From Terriglobia bacterium (GTDB taxonomy: Bacteria > Acidobacteriota > Terriglobia > 20CM-2-55-15), in NCBI GenBank assembly GCA_965198225.1, contig CBDAOY010000007.1:192001-256000 (forward strand): DNA of 64,000 nt. The letters run 5' to 3'. Of the stretch, positions 21,082 to 29,818 are shown in pieces (the stretch's first letter is position 1; each line of letters begins with the position of its first letter). The translations under genes were made by a program, and so were the position numbers. The notes beneath the pieces are model-generated. The model made no database searches. It was not told where the DNA came from and worked only from the letters and a program-made list of their open reading frames with translations.

Positions 21082-21381
21082 TCAGATTCGCGCCTTCCGA
21101 CGGGCCTCGCGCTCCCGGGCAATGCGTTCAGCCAGAAAGACCTTGAGAAGGGACTGATAGGGAACGTCCTGTTCGTTTGCCAGCGCCTTCAATTCCTCAA
21201 GCATCCCCGCGGGCAGCCGAACCGAAATTGTGGTCGTCGATGGCTTCAGTGCGGGAAACGAGCCCCGCACCGCCTTGTCCCAATCGAAGTAGTCGACAAC
21301 ATCGTGTTCGGCCCAAAACTTGCGTTCCCGATCCTCGGTTCGGAACCGAGGAGGCCTAGTTGTCCTTTTTCGGGCGCTCAT
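21082..21381 (-). CDS. brnA: BrnA/CopG-family antitoxin
   Basis: EDRERKFWAEHD, TISVRLP and DVPYQSLLK motifs; overlaps the toxin gene. Confidence 0.85.
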   Translation of the reverse strand: MSARKRTTRPPRFRTEDRERKFWAEHDVVDYFDWDKAVRGSFPALKPSTTTISVRLPAGMLEELKALANEQDVPYQSLLKVFLAERIAREREARRKARI

Positions 21382-21670
21382 ATATCTTCCGCTCTCGCCG
21401 GCTCATGTCCCGGGCCGATATGACCCGAACGAGTGTTTCCCGTATCGTGAAGACGACTGTCAGGAATCGGCCCTGCGTGGTCTGTCCGAGCGCCGCGTAT
21501 CGAAGTTCATCGCCGGTGCTCTTCGCAGGCGCCACCAGTACGGGCCGATTGAAGAAGAGTTGCTCGGCTTCGCTTTCGATAACGCCGTGCCGTTTCCGGT
21601 TCTTGCCCGAGTTCCCCGCGTCCCATTGGAAACCAACACAGCCTGCCAGTTCGTCCGGGAACTCGGGCAC
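21356..21670 (-). CDS. brnT: BrnT-family ribonuclease toxin
   Basis: GFQWDAGN...RHGV, LTVVFTIR and RVISARDMSRRE motifs. Confidence 0.9.
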   Translation of the reverse strand: MPEFPDELAGCVGFQWDAGNSGKNRKRHGVIESEAEQLFFNRPVLVAPAKSTGDELRYAALGQTTQGRFLTVVFTIRETLVRVISARDMSRRERKIYERPKKDN

Positions 21671-21676
21671 AAGTGG

Positions 21677-21705
21677 AGTATATCTCCAGCATATACGTGA
21701 GTCAA
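21677..21705 (-). promoter_or_regulatory. Sigma70 promoter of brnTA with overlapping palindromic operator
   Basis: TTGACT-N17-TATACT lies 6 nt before the GTG (likely leaderless); GTATAT/ATATAC inverted repeat. Confidence 0.65.
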
Positions 21706-21924
21706 GAATGCCGGCCGTATCGGTTCGACCTAGGTGCGAGAGCCCGACGACGGTGATCGGACCGACCGACAACTTGAGCGCACCTCAGGTGAGGATATCG
21801 TGGTGCTGGCGGTTCATCGTTCCCAGGCCGCGCGGAGATGGCAGGCTCGCACTTGAGAGCACATCTACTTGTCGTTCGGAATGGATCGATTCGGATAGCC
21901 CGCTTCAAACGTGCCGTTGTAAAA

Positions 21925-22194
21925 GGGCTGAGCGGGTCAAAGAGGTGGAGTGATCCCCGGCTTGAACACAGGCGGTCTCTGGGCTTGACGCCTTTCGATA
22001 AGTATAAGAAAATATAGCTACTTACCTGTGGGATCGTAGCTCAGTTGGAAGAGCGCCCGCTTCACACAACAACTCAAACACGTTATCTTGTTGGTTCTTC
22101 GTGTCTCTTGGCTGGGTACGACCATGGTATTACCTGGTATTCGGCGTGAAATTGTTCAGTAAATTGTTCAGTTGCGACGAAGGTTGCGAAACGA
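21925..22194 (+). repeat. att-like repeat copy A (promoter + tRNA-Val 5' half + right arm)
   Basis: TTGACG-N17-GAAAAT; tRNA half at 22030-22067; CAACAA..TTGTTG; two AATTGTTCAGT. Confidence 0.9.
22030..22067 (+). pseudogene. tRNA-Val(CAC) 5' half only
   Basis: GGGATCG TA GCTC AGTTGGAA GAGC G CCCGC TT-CAC-AC comprises the acceptor 5' strand, D arm, anticodon 5' strand and loop. No 3' half follows. Confidence 0.85.
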
Positions 22195-22211
22195 TCCGCA
22201 GCTGCTTGTCC

Positions 22212-22240
22212 TTGATCCAGGCGTGCGGAGAGAGTAGATT
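22212..22240 (+). promoter_or_regulatory. Sigma70-like promoter of the DUF433/DUF5615 operon
   Basis: TTGATC-N17-TAGATT, 9 nt before ATG 22250. Confidence 0.5.
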
Positions 22241-22249
22241 CAAACTGAA

Positions 22250-22477
22250 ATGAGCTACCGGGACATCATCACCATCGAAGCCGGCAAACGGGGGGGGAAA
22301 CCCTGCGTTCGCGGCCTTCGCATCACGGTGTACGATGTTCTCGACTACCTCGCTTCCGGGATGACCGAATCAGAGATTCTTTCGGATTTCCCCGACCTCA
22401 ATGCAGATGACATCCGTGCGTGCCTCGAATTCGCGGCTGACCGCGAGCGCAAACTGGTCTCGCTTCCCCCCGAGTGA
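22250..22477 (+). CDS. DUF433 antitoxin-like protein
   Basis: GKRGGKPCVRGLRITVYDVL...ILSDFPDL..DDIRACLEFAA. Confidence 0.9.
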   Translation: MSYRDIITIEAGKRGGKPCVRGLRITVYDVLDYLASGMTESEILSDFPDLNADDIRACLEFAADRERKLVSLPPE

Positions 22478-22806
22478 AGCTTCTATTCGACGAAAACCTG
22501 AGTCCCAGGCTGGTCAAGGAACTGAAGGCCGACTTCCCGGATTCGGTACATGTTCGGGACATTGGTCTGGAGCGAGCGATGGACGAGGCCGTCTGGAACT
22601 ATGCGAGGGACAACGGATTGGTGATCGTCTCGAAAGACGCCGATTTCCGTCAACTCAGCTTCCTGTTTGGAAATCCTCCAAAGGTGATCTGGATCCAACG
22701 AGGGAATTGCTCGACTGCAGCTGTCCTATCGTTGTTTCGACAACGCATCTCAAACCTCCTCAAGTTCGGTCAGGAGGAAGATGGGGCATTCCTAGCGCTT
22801 CGGTAA
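22474..22806 (+). CDS. DUF5615 PIN-like toxin
   Basis: KLLFDENLS, IVSKDADF and PPKVIWI motifs; GTGA overlap with the DUF433 gene. Confidence 0.9.
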   Translation: MKLLFDENLSPRLVKELKADFPDSVHVRDIGLERAMDEAVWNYARDNGLVIVSKDADFRQLSFLFGNPPKVIWIQRGNCSTAAVLSLFRQRISNLLKFGQEEDGAFLALR

Positions 22807-22984
22807 CCTGAATCACTTCCCTCGGCGGCAACCGGATTCACCACACTCTTCTCAAGCGTCACTTGTCCGAGACGCGCGATTCATTGAACTGACAGTTTGA
22901 TTGCTTCCAACTCCTTCCTCTCGTACTATTTACGCAAGTTTTTCCTGGACATGGCGAGGGAACGCCTGCGAGGCAGCGCGACCT

Positions 22985-25693
22985 ATGGCTCTCACGGCAG
23001 GTACACGTCTGGGTCCATACGAAATCGGCGACCAACTCGGTGCCGGCGGCATGGGAGAGGTGTATCGCGCCACCGACACCCGTCTGGACCGCACGGTTGC
23101 CATCAAAGTCCTTCCTGAACACCTCGCCGACGAACCGCAACGCCGGGAACGCTTCGAGCGTGAAGCCAAAGCCGTCAGCAGCCTGAACCATCCGCACATC
23201 TGCACGCTCCACGACGTGGGTGAACAGGACGGGATTCACTACCTCGTCATGGAGTACGTGGAGGGCGACACACTCCAGCAGCGTTTGGAGAAAGGCCGAC
23301 TGCCGCTGGATCAGGCCCTCGAATACGCCATCCAGATCGCCGACGCGCTGGACAAGGCCCACCGGCAGGGTGTGGTGCATAGGGATTTGAAGCCCGGCAA
23401 CATCATGATCACGAAGTCGGCAGGTGTGAAGCTCCTCGACTTTGGGTTGGCAAAGCTCAAAGGCGATGCCGATCAAGTCTCGCCGCTCTCTCAGATGCCC
23501 ACCCAAGACCCTTCAGCGCCCCTGACAGCAGAAGGCACGATCCTCGGCACGCTCCAGTACATGGCTCCTGAACAACTGGAGGGCAAGGAAGCCGATGCCC
23601 GGACGGACATCTTCGCATTCGGTGCGGTCGTCTACGAGATGGTCACGGGGAAGAAGGCGTTCGAGGGGGCGAGTCAGGCGAGTTTGATTGCGGCCATCAT
23701 GGATCATGAGCCGCAAGCGATGGCTGAGCTTCAGACCATGACGCCATCGTCGCTGGATCACATCGTGACGACATGCCTCGATAAAGATCCCGATATGCGG
23801 TGGCAGACGGCAGCCGACTTGATGCGCGAGTTGAAGTGGATAGAGGATGGAAACGCACAGGTCGGAACCGCTTCTATCGAAATTCCCTCAAAGAAACGCG
23901 AGCGTGTCGCGTGGTCCGCGAGCCTCGTTCTCCTACTTTCGACCCTTGGAGTCGCCTCCGTTGCGTTTTTCGGTAACGCACCACAGGAGCAGACGACATT
24001 CCGATTCTCTTTCGCCCATCCTTCGGAGGCTCGTGGAGACGTACTGACCGTCTCACCCGATGGCCAACGCCTTGCGTTTCTCGCGTCAAGCTCGACCGGT
24101 GCTCAAGCGGTGTGGGTCCGCGATTTCGAGTCCGGTGAGATGCGGATGCTGGCGGGTTCCGAGAATGCCACCGGATCTTTGTTCTGGTCGCCTGATGGAC
24201 AGGCCATCGGATTCTTCACTGTGACCGAGCTCAAGGCGGTGGATCTTTCTGGCGGTTCTCCTCGGACGGTGTCGCCCCAAGTCGCAAACAGGGGCGGCAC
24301 ATGGAACAAGGACGGGGAGATCATTTTGTCCCTAGGAGGAACGCTACAGCGCGTGTCGGCGGAGGGTGGCCAACCCACGCCGCTGGAGTTGTCGGGCGGG
24401 TTCCCGTACTTCCTGCCCGATGGGATTCATTTCCTTTATGAGTCCAGCTCTGGTCGCGGCCAGTCACTCGGACCTGGGCGACGCCAACTTGAGCCGTCTT
24501 CGATTTACGTGGCGTCTCTGGAATCCTCAGAAACGCGCCTTCTGTTGATTGCCGACCGCGATACCAAGGCTGCGTACGCGAGCGGGCATGTCCTGTTCGT
24601 GAGCGGGGGCGTGTTGATGGCGCAACCGTTTGACGTCGATAGCCTCCAGCTCAGGGGAGAAGCCCACCGAATCGGTCCCCAGGTGTCTTCTCCAGGGGTG
24701 GGGCACGGGGATGACATCCCGTTTTCGGTTTCGACCAACGGTATTCTCGCGTTTCGGTCCGGGAACCGCGTGGATGGACAACTCGTGTGGTTCGATCGTG
24801 AAGGAAACGAAACCCGACGGGTTCCTCAGCCACAGTCAGGCGAGTATCTGAACCCGTCCCTGTCCCCGAGCGGGCAACAGATCGCGGTGAACCGCAAGGA
24901 CCCGGCGACCGGGAATGTCGATATTTGGCTCATCGATATGGGAACGGATACACCGGATCCGCTCACCTCAACGGCATCGTTCGATGCCGACCCGGTCTGG
25001 TCACCCGACAGCCAGGAAATCGCCTTTTCGTCCTACCGGAACGGGAAGTGGGGCCTCTGGAAGAAGAATATCCGCACGGGCGAGGAAGAGCGTCTCTGGG
25101 AGGCTGCCGAGGGATCCGAGCCGAGAACCATGGACTGGTCGCCGGACGGAGAGTTCATTCTCTTCGACCTTCGAAGTCCAAACTCCGACCTCTTCGACCT
25201 TCGAGGTTCAAACTCCGACGTTTGGGTGTTGCCCGTTTCCGGGGATGATCCATGGCCGCTCCTGAACAATCCGAATATCTTCGAGTACGCCGCCCACTTT
25301 TCTCCAGACGGTGAGTGGGTCGCATACATCTCGAGTGAGGCCGGCGCGTTTAGCATCTACGTGGCGCGGTTCCCGGAGGGCACCGAGGGAGGACGGGTCT
25401 CGCTCGCTGGAAGTACTCATCCAAGGTGGAGGGGCGACAGAAGGGAGCTGTTCTACAAGGGCGGTTTTGGGAGCGCCCCGGTGATGGCGGTCCGTGTAGA
25501 GGCTGGCTCCTCGGGCCTTCAATTTGATAACCCAGTACCGGTTTTTGATTCGGTAATGTTAGGGATGTCGGACGGTCGGCACCACTATGCTGTGACTGCC
25601 GATGGAAACCGTTTTCTGCTGAGACGACCGAGCCTGGCCCCCCCACCTGTCACCGTCATCGTCAACTGGACTGCTGAACTGGAAAACCAATGA
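22985..25693 (+). CDS. Hanks-type Ser/Thr kinase + TM + TolB-like (PD40) beta-propeller
   Basis: [24 protein letters not shown] and YMAPE; TM segment; repeated (W/F)SPDG motifs. Confidence 0.92.
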   Translation: MALTAGTRLGPYEIGDQLGAGGMGEVYRATDTRLDRTVAIKVLPEHLADEPQRRERFEREAKAVSSLNHPHICTLHDVGEQDGIHYLVMEYVEGDTLQQRLEKGRLPLDQALEYAIQIADALDKAHRQGVVHRDLKPGNIMITKSAGVKLLDFGLAKLKGDADQVSPLSQMPTQDPSAPLTAEGTILGTLQYMAPEQLEGKEADARTDIFAFGAVVYEMVTGKKAFEGASQASLIAAIMDHEPQAMAELQTMTPSSLDHIVTTCLDKDPDMRWQTAADLMRELKWIEDGNAQVGTASIEIPSKKRERVAWSASLVLLLSTLGVASVAFFGNAPQEQTTFRFSFAHPSEARGDVLTVSPDGQRLAFLASSSTGAQAVWVRDFESGEMRMLAGSENATGSLFWSPDGQAIGFFTVTELKAVDLSGGSPRTVSPQVANRGGTWNKDGEIILSLGGTLQRVSAEGGQPTPLELSGGFPYFLPDGIHFLYESSSGRGQSLGPGRRQLEPSSIYVASLESSETRLLLIADRDTKAAYASGHVLFVSGGVLMAQPFDVDSLQLRGEAHRIGPQVSSPGVGHGDDIPFSVSTNGILAFRSGNRVDGQLVWFDREGNETRRVPQPQSGEYLNPSLSPSGQQIAVNRKDPATGNVDIWLIDMGTDTPDPLTSTASFDADPVWSPDSQEIAFSSYRNGKWGLWKKNIRTGEEERLWEAAEGSEPRTMDWSPDGEFILFDLRSPNSDLFDLRGSNSDVWVLPVSGDDPWPLLNNPNIFEYAAHFSPDGEWVAYISSEAGAFSIYVARFPEGTEGGRVSLAGSTHPRWRGDRRELFYKGGFGSAPVMAVRVEAGSSGLQFDNPVPVFDSVMLGMSDGRHHYAVTADGNRFLLRRPSLAPPPVTVIVNWTAELENQ

Positions 25694-25893
25694 ACCCCGG
25701 CACCCAACTCGGCAGCTACGAGATCCTCTCCCCGCTCGGCAAAGGCGGCATGGGATCGGTGTGGCTGGCGCGGGATGCGAAGTTGGGCCGGCAGGTGGCG
25801 ATCAAGACCCTGCCTGAAGAGTTCGCCAGAGACGCCGACCGTCTCGCCCGGTTTGAGCGTGAAGCCAAACTCCTCGCGTCGCTGAATCACCCA
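25690..25893 (+). pseudogene. Ser/Thr kinase N-terminal fragment
   Basis: [12 protein letters not shown]...GKGGMG...[12 protein letters not shown], after which homology is abruptly lost. Confidence 0.85.
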
Positions 25894-26026
25894 AAGCGGA
25901 TAAGCGATATAAGCAGGGGCTGACGACTATGGCAGCGCTGACAGTGCCGTCGTATAGGTCTTATGTAAATCCGCGGGCGGCCGCAGGCCGTCGCGCGAAA
26001 ATCCACTCACCCGCTCGCGCGGGAGA

Positions 26027-27280
26027 TCAAGCCAGGAGGGCTTTGACCCCGGCCACAGCGCGCGCGACGTGCTCCATCGTGTTGTAGACGTGGGGGCAAA
26101 GCCGGATGCCGCCCGTGCCGGCACCTGCAATCCCGTGCTCTTCATACAGACGGTTCAAGACTTCGCGGCTCTTCCCTCGCTCGAGTTCGACGATGCACAC
26201 GCCGCCCGAGAGCTTCTCGTCCTCGGGGGTCACGAGCGTGCGACCCGCATCGACGAGCCCGGCTTTGAGCGCCGTGGCGAGCTCCGTCATGCGTGCTTCC
26301 ATCTGAGCCGCGCCTATGGCGTTATGGAAATCCACCGTCGTGCCGATGGCCGCGAGACACGCGTCGTCACGCTGGCCGAGCGATTCGAATTTGCGGGCGC
26401 CTTTCGGATCGGGGTCGACGTCATCGCCCCATCCCGGCGCGACAACGTTCGGCCAAATACGCGCTATGTTTGACGCTTTCACATAGAGGATCCCCGCTTC
26501 TTTCGGCCCCATGAACCACTTGTGCGCCGAAGCAGAATAGGAGTCGCAGCCGATGTCGCGGAGATTCACATCGAGCGCCCCCCAGCTCTGCGCGCCGTCG
26601 ACGTGCACGTAAACGCCTTTTTCGTGCGCTGCCTCGACGATTTGTTTCGCGGGGAGCTTGATGCCGCTCACGTTCGAGACATGCGTAATCGAGAGAACCT
26701 TTGTCTCGTCCGAGAGTGCTTCGATGAAGGTGTCCACGAGCTCCTGGGAGCTCTTCGGGTGCTTCGGCGTCGAAACGCGTCTCACGGTAAGCCCGAAGCG
26801 CGCCGCCCTCACGTCCCAGGCAACGTTGTTCGTCGGGTGATTCTGGCTCCATAGCACGACCTCATCGCCCTCTTCGAGGTCGAGGCCGTTATTGATCATG
26901 TTGTTGGCCTCGCTCGTATTGCGCACGAGGGCGATCTCGTCAGCGGTGACGCCGAGCTGCTTCGCGACCTTCTTCCGTGACTCCTCACGGAGTCCACCGA
27001 ATTTTCCTCGATTGTTGAACGAGCAGTCGCGGTCGATATCCGCAGTCAACTCCGAGACCCGCTCCGCGACGGCGCGTGAAGACGGACACAAGTTGGCGGC
27101 GTTCATCGGCACTCTTTCCTCGCTGAAAGAAAACTGGGCGCGCACGAGATGCCAGTAGGCTTCGCCCTCGACCGACGTTTCCGCGAGCGCCGACGCCTCG
27201 GCCTCATTGGATTTGAGGGCGATGGGTAGAAGTGCCGCCGAGGCGGCGAATTCTTTGAGAAAGGACCGGCGAGAGTTCAT
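26027..27280 (-). CDS. Tat-signal class V PLP-dependent aminotransferase (isopenicillin N epimerase/cysteine desulfurase-like)
   Basis: SRRSFLK signal; RNTSEA, HVDGAQ and SAHKWFMGPK (PLP lysine). Confidence 0.88.
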   Translation of the reverse strand: MNSRRSFLKEFAASAALLPIALKSNEAEASALAETSVEGEAYWHLVRAQFSFSEERVPMNAANLCPSSRAVAERVSELTADIDRDCSFNNRGKFGGLREESRKKVAKQLGVTADEIALVRNTSEANNMINNGLDLEEGDEVVLWSQNHPTNNVAWDVRAARFGLTVRRVSTPKHPKSSQELVDTFIEALSDETKVLSITHVSNVSGIKLPAKQIVEAAHEKGVYVHVDGAQSWGALDVNLRDIGCDSYSASAHKWFMGPKEAGILYVKASNIARIWPNVVAPGWGDDVDPDPKGARKFESLGQRDDACLAAIGTTVDFHNAIGAAQMEARMTELATALKAGLVDAGRTLVTPEDEKLSGGVCIVELERGKSREVLNRLYEEHGIAGAGTGGIRLCPHVYNTMEHVARAVAGVKALLA

Positions 27281-27419
27281 GGAGCCTCCTTCGATCAGAC
27301 CAGTAGCGATCGTAGCCAGGATGATACCGCATTTGTCACGCCGGCTGATCTGCCGTGCTGGTTCCCGCGAGTTTTGAAAACGCGATCAGTAGTGCAACCT
27401 CAGAGGCTGGGGACACTCG

Positions 27420-27949
27420 TTTCTCAGACGAGATGGTGTCGACGACATATGCATCACCGGAGACTGATAAACAGGAGCCCTTCGCTTCGGCACCTGGTTC
27501 ACGCCAAGCGGGAGCGTCGTTCTCGCCTAGCGGAGAGTGGCTCGCCTACCATTCGCAAGAACTAAGGTTCAACGAACTGTACGTCCAGGCGTTTCCGTCA
27601 AATGGCACTCAGCACGCCCACTTTGGAAGAGCTGCCGACCTATCCGATCTGGTCGCAGGACGGTCGTCAGCTTATTTTTCGACCTTCGGCCATTTTGGGA
27701 AGGAGTTTGTTGACCGTTATCGATGTCACGACAGACCGTGGCGTTCCAGAATTCGGGCCTCCCGAGGGGCTTCCCGTGCAGGACTTCCTTACGTTCCCGT
27801 TTTTTCGGAGCTACGACATTCTTCCCGATGGGCAGAGATTCGTCGTCGTCATGCCCGAAGAAGCAGGCGACGGCGGACCGAGGTCCTCACGGATCAATGT
27901 CTGTCAGAACTGGACCGAAGAACTGAAGGAACTCGTGCCGGTTCCATGA
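27420..27949 (+). pseudogene. C-terminal propeller fragment of a kinase gene (frameshifted)
   Basis: FSPSGEWLAY, PIWSQDGRQL and YDILPDGQRF; ends NWTEELKELVPVP like the neighbouring kinases. Confidence 0.8.
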
Positions 27950-28074
27950 CCTCCTGTCACCCGAGTCCGCAACTCTGGAGAGCTCCGGGAAGCGATTGTT
28001 CAGTTTTGTTCAGTCGAGCGAGGCATCGGGTTCGCCCGCGCACGCCCGAACCAGTCGTCGTCAACGGGTTGAAC
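27950..28074 (+). repeat. Left arm of the att-like repeat (copy G), truncated
   Basis: CGATTGTTCAGTTTTGTTCAGTCGAGCGAGGCATCG matches 32776-32811 and 43224-43259. Confidence 0.8.
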
Positions 28075-28105
28075 TGAACCGCCCCGGGAATCCCGGGGCG
28101 GTTCA
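28075..28105. mobile_element. 31-bp palindrome resembling two fused IS3-family (IS629/IS6110-type) ends
   Basis: TGAACCGCCCCGGG-AAT-CCCGGGGCGGTTCA; TGAACCGCCCCGG is the terminal motif of IS629/IS6110. Confidence 0.55.
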
Positions 28106-28183
28106 CTTTCACCCTTCGTTCCTATTGAGAGTCGGGTTGACTACCACTACGAGACGACGAGAGGATGGAGCCCAGGAGACACC

Positions 28184-28825
28184 TCAGCCCTCGTCGTCAT
28201 CGTCATCATCGTCGTCATCATCATCATCGTCATCATCGAAGCCGAGGATCGCATATCCTGACAGAGGTGCGAATGGGACAGTTGGATCACCAGTGAATCC
28301 CCCTGCCATGATCGAGTACAGACCTTCCAAGCCATCCTCTCCGTCAGAGAGCATGAACGAGCACGCCGCTCTAACCGAGGGTGTCGAGGCATTTTCGAAG
28401 ATAACGCAGTCACCACTGAAATCGGACTGACCTGGCGCTGAGTCTAGTACCGTGCCCGTGAAAGTGCCACGCCCTTGATACGTACCGGCACCGCCGGGGA
28501 ATGGTCCGGAAATGATCACCAACTGTTCCAGCTCTAATTGTCCGCTAATGTCTCCTGCAATCTCCCAAGTGGCAACTGTGTGTATGACGGTGTCTCCATG
28601 TTCAGTGATCATAGAACTTACGACGGTGCCTCCCAGGGGCCGAGCCTGCGCGCTCACGGGACTCAGTGGTGTGATCGCTGGGTCATCCGAGGCTCTGACC
28701 GTCGTCAAGCTTGCGAGCAGCACGATCGACGCTATTACTGCCATGCAAGGTATTGGCAGACGTTTTGTGATTAGAGGTTGAGGAGAAGCCAGGTTCATCG
28801 GTTTGGTTTTCTTTGCTTGTAGCAT
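28184..28825 (-). CDS. Secreted beta-rich hypothetical protein with poly-Asp tail
   Basis: RBS AAGGAGG, hydrophobic signal, and C-terminus GF-D14-EG; divergent from the ECF sigma gene. Confidence 0.65.
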   Translation of the reverse strand: MLQAKKTKPMNLASPQPLITKRLPIPCMAVIASIVLLASLTTVRASDDPAITPLSPVSAQARPLGGTVVSSMITEHGDTVIHTVATWEIAGDISGQLELEQLVIISGPFPGGAGTYQGRGTFTGTVLDSAPGQSDFSGDCVIFENASTPSVRAACSFMLSDGEDGLEGLYSIMAGGFTGDPTVPFAPLSGYAILGFDDDDDDDDDDDDDDDEG

Positions 28826-29233
28826 TGATCCCTCCTTCAGGAACCATGAAAGTTCAGACGTTGCGCTAGTGCTAGTCTTCGCGGCCCTCACCGATTAAGG
28901 CGGGAATTGTGATGGAAAACTCCAACGGGATCAGAGAAATCTCTGGAAATCGCCCGAGAGTGGGAGGGGCAATTTTGGTGCCAGCTAACCGAAGCGTTAC
29001 TTCATTGAAACGGAAGACGATGTGATTGGCTTCTTACCAACCCTTCCAAGGACCAATCTACGGATTTTCTATGTCCATTTCCGTTGATGAAGCTTCGGAC
29101 ATCGGTTGACTTTTGATCTTCTCTGACCCGCTGGCGCTTGATACCTGGCTCCTCTCAAGCAACGTTTCCTGTAATGTCCTGAAGCTGTGTGCTAACTTGA
29201 GGTTACATTCAGACCGACGGTGCAAACGCTCAC

Positions 29234-29818
29234 ATGCCGGTACGATCCCACCAGGATGCGACGCAGTTGCTTCACGCCTGGGGTGAAGGCGACAAGAGCG
29301 CACTGGAGAAGCTGACACCTCTCGTCTACAAAGAGCTGCACCGGTTGGCCCGACACTACATGCGTGGGGAACGGCCCGACCACACTCTTCAAACCACGGC
29401 TCTCGTTAATGAAGCGTATGTGCGCTTGATCGATTGGAAAAATGCGCGCTGGCAGAACCGAGCGCATTTCGTGGCCGTTGCCGCGCAGTTGATGCGGCGC
29501 ATTCTGGTGGACCATGCGCGCTCACGGCACTACGCCAAACGGGGCGGTGGAGCGCAGCGGGTGTCGCTGGACGAAGTCGCGCTGGTATCGGAGAAACGGG
29601 CTCCGGAGGTGATTGTGGTGGATGATGCCCTGCGCCGCTTGGATGCCATCGATCCGCGCAAGGCGCAGGTGGTGGAGCTACGGTTTTTTGGGGGGCTCAG
29701 CGTGAAGGAGACCGCGGAGGTGTTGAAGGTCTCCCAGCAGACCGTCTTCCGTGACTGGGATCTGGCTCGCGCGTGGCTGCATCGCGAGATCAGCGAGAAG
29801 GATGACGATGAAGCCTGA
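29234..29818 (+). CDS. ECF sigma factor, kinase-associated (TIGR02999/ECF43-like)
   Basis: LVYKELHRLA, HTLQTTALVNEAY, MRRILVDHAR and VELRFFGGLS motifs; overlaps the downstream kinase. Confidence 0.9.
   Translation: MPVRSHQDATQLLHAWGEGDKSALEKLTPLVYKELHRLARHYMRGERPDHTLQTTALVNEAYVRLIDWKNARWQNRAHFVAVAAQLMRRILVDHARSRHYAKRGGGAQRVSLDEVALVSEKRAPEVIVVDDALRRLDAIDPRKAQVVELRFFGGLSVKETAEVLKVSQQTVFRDWDLARAWLHREISEKDDDEA

Noticed and set aside
22030-22110. Intact tRNA-Val genes at the four repeat cores
   Set aside because: No 3' anticodon strand, no GTTCRA T-loop and no CGATCCC acceptor strand follow. No matching 3' half was seen in the window, so intron-containing or split tRNA is also unsupported.
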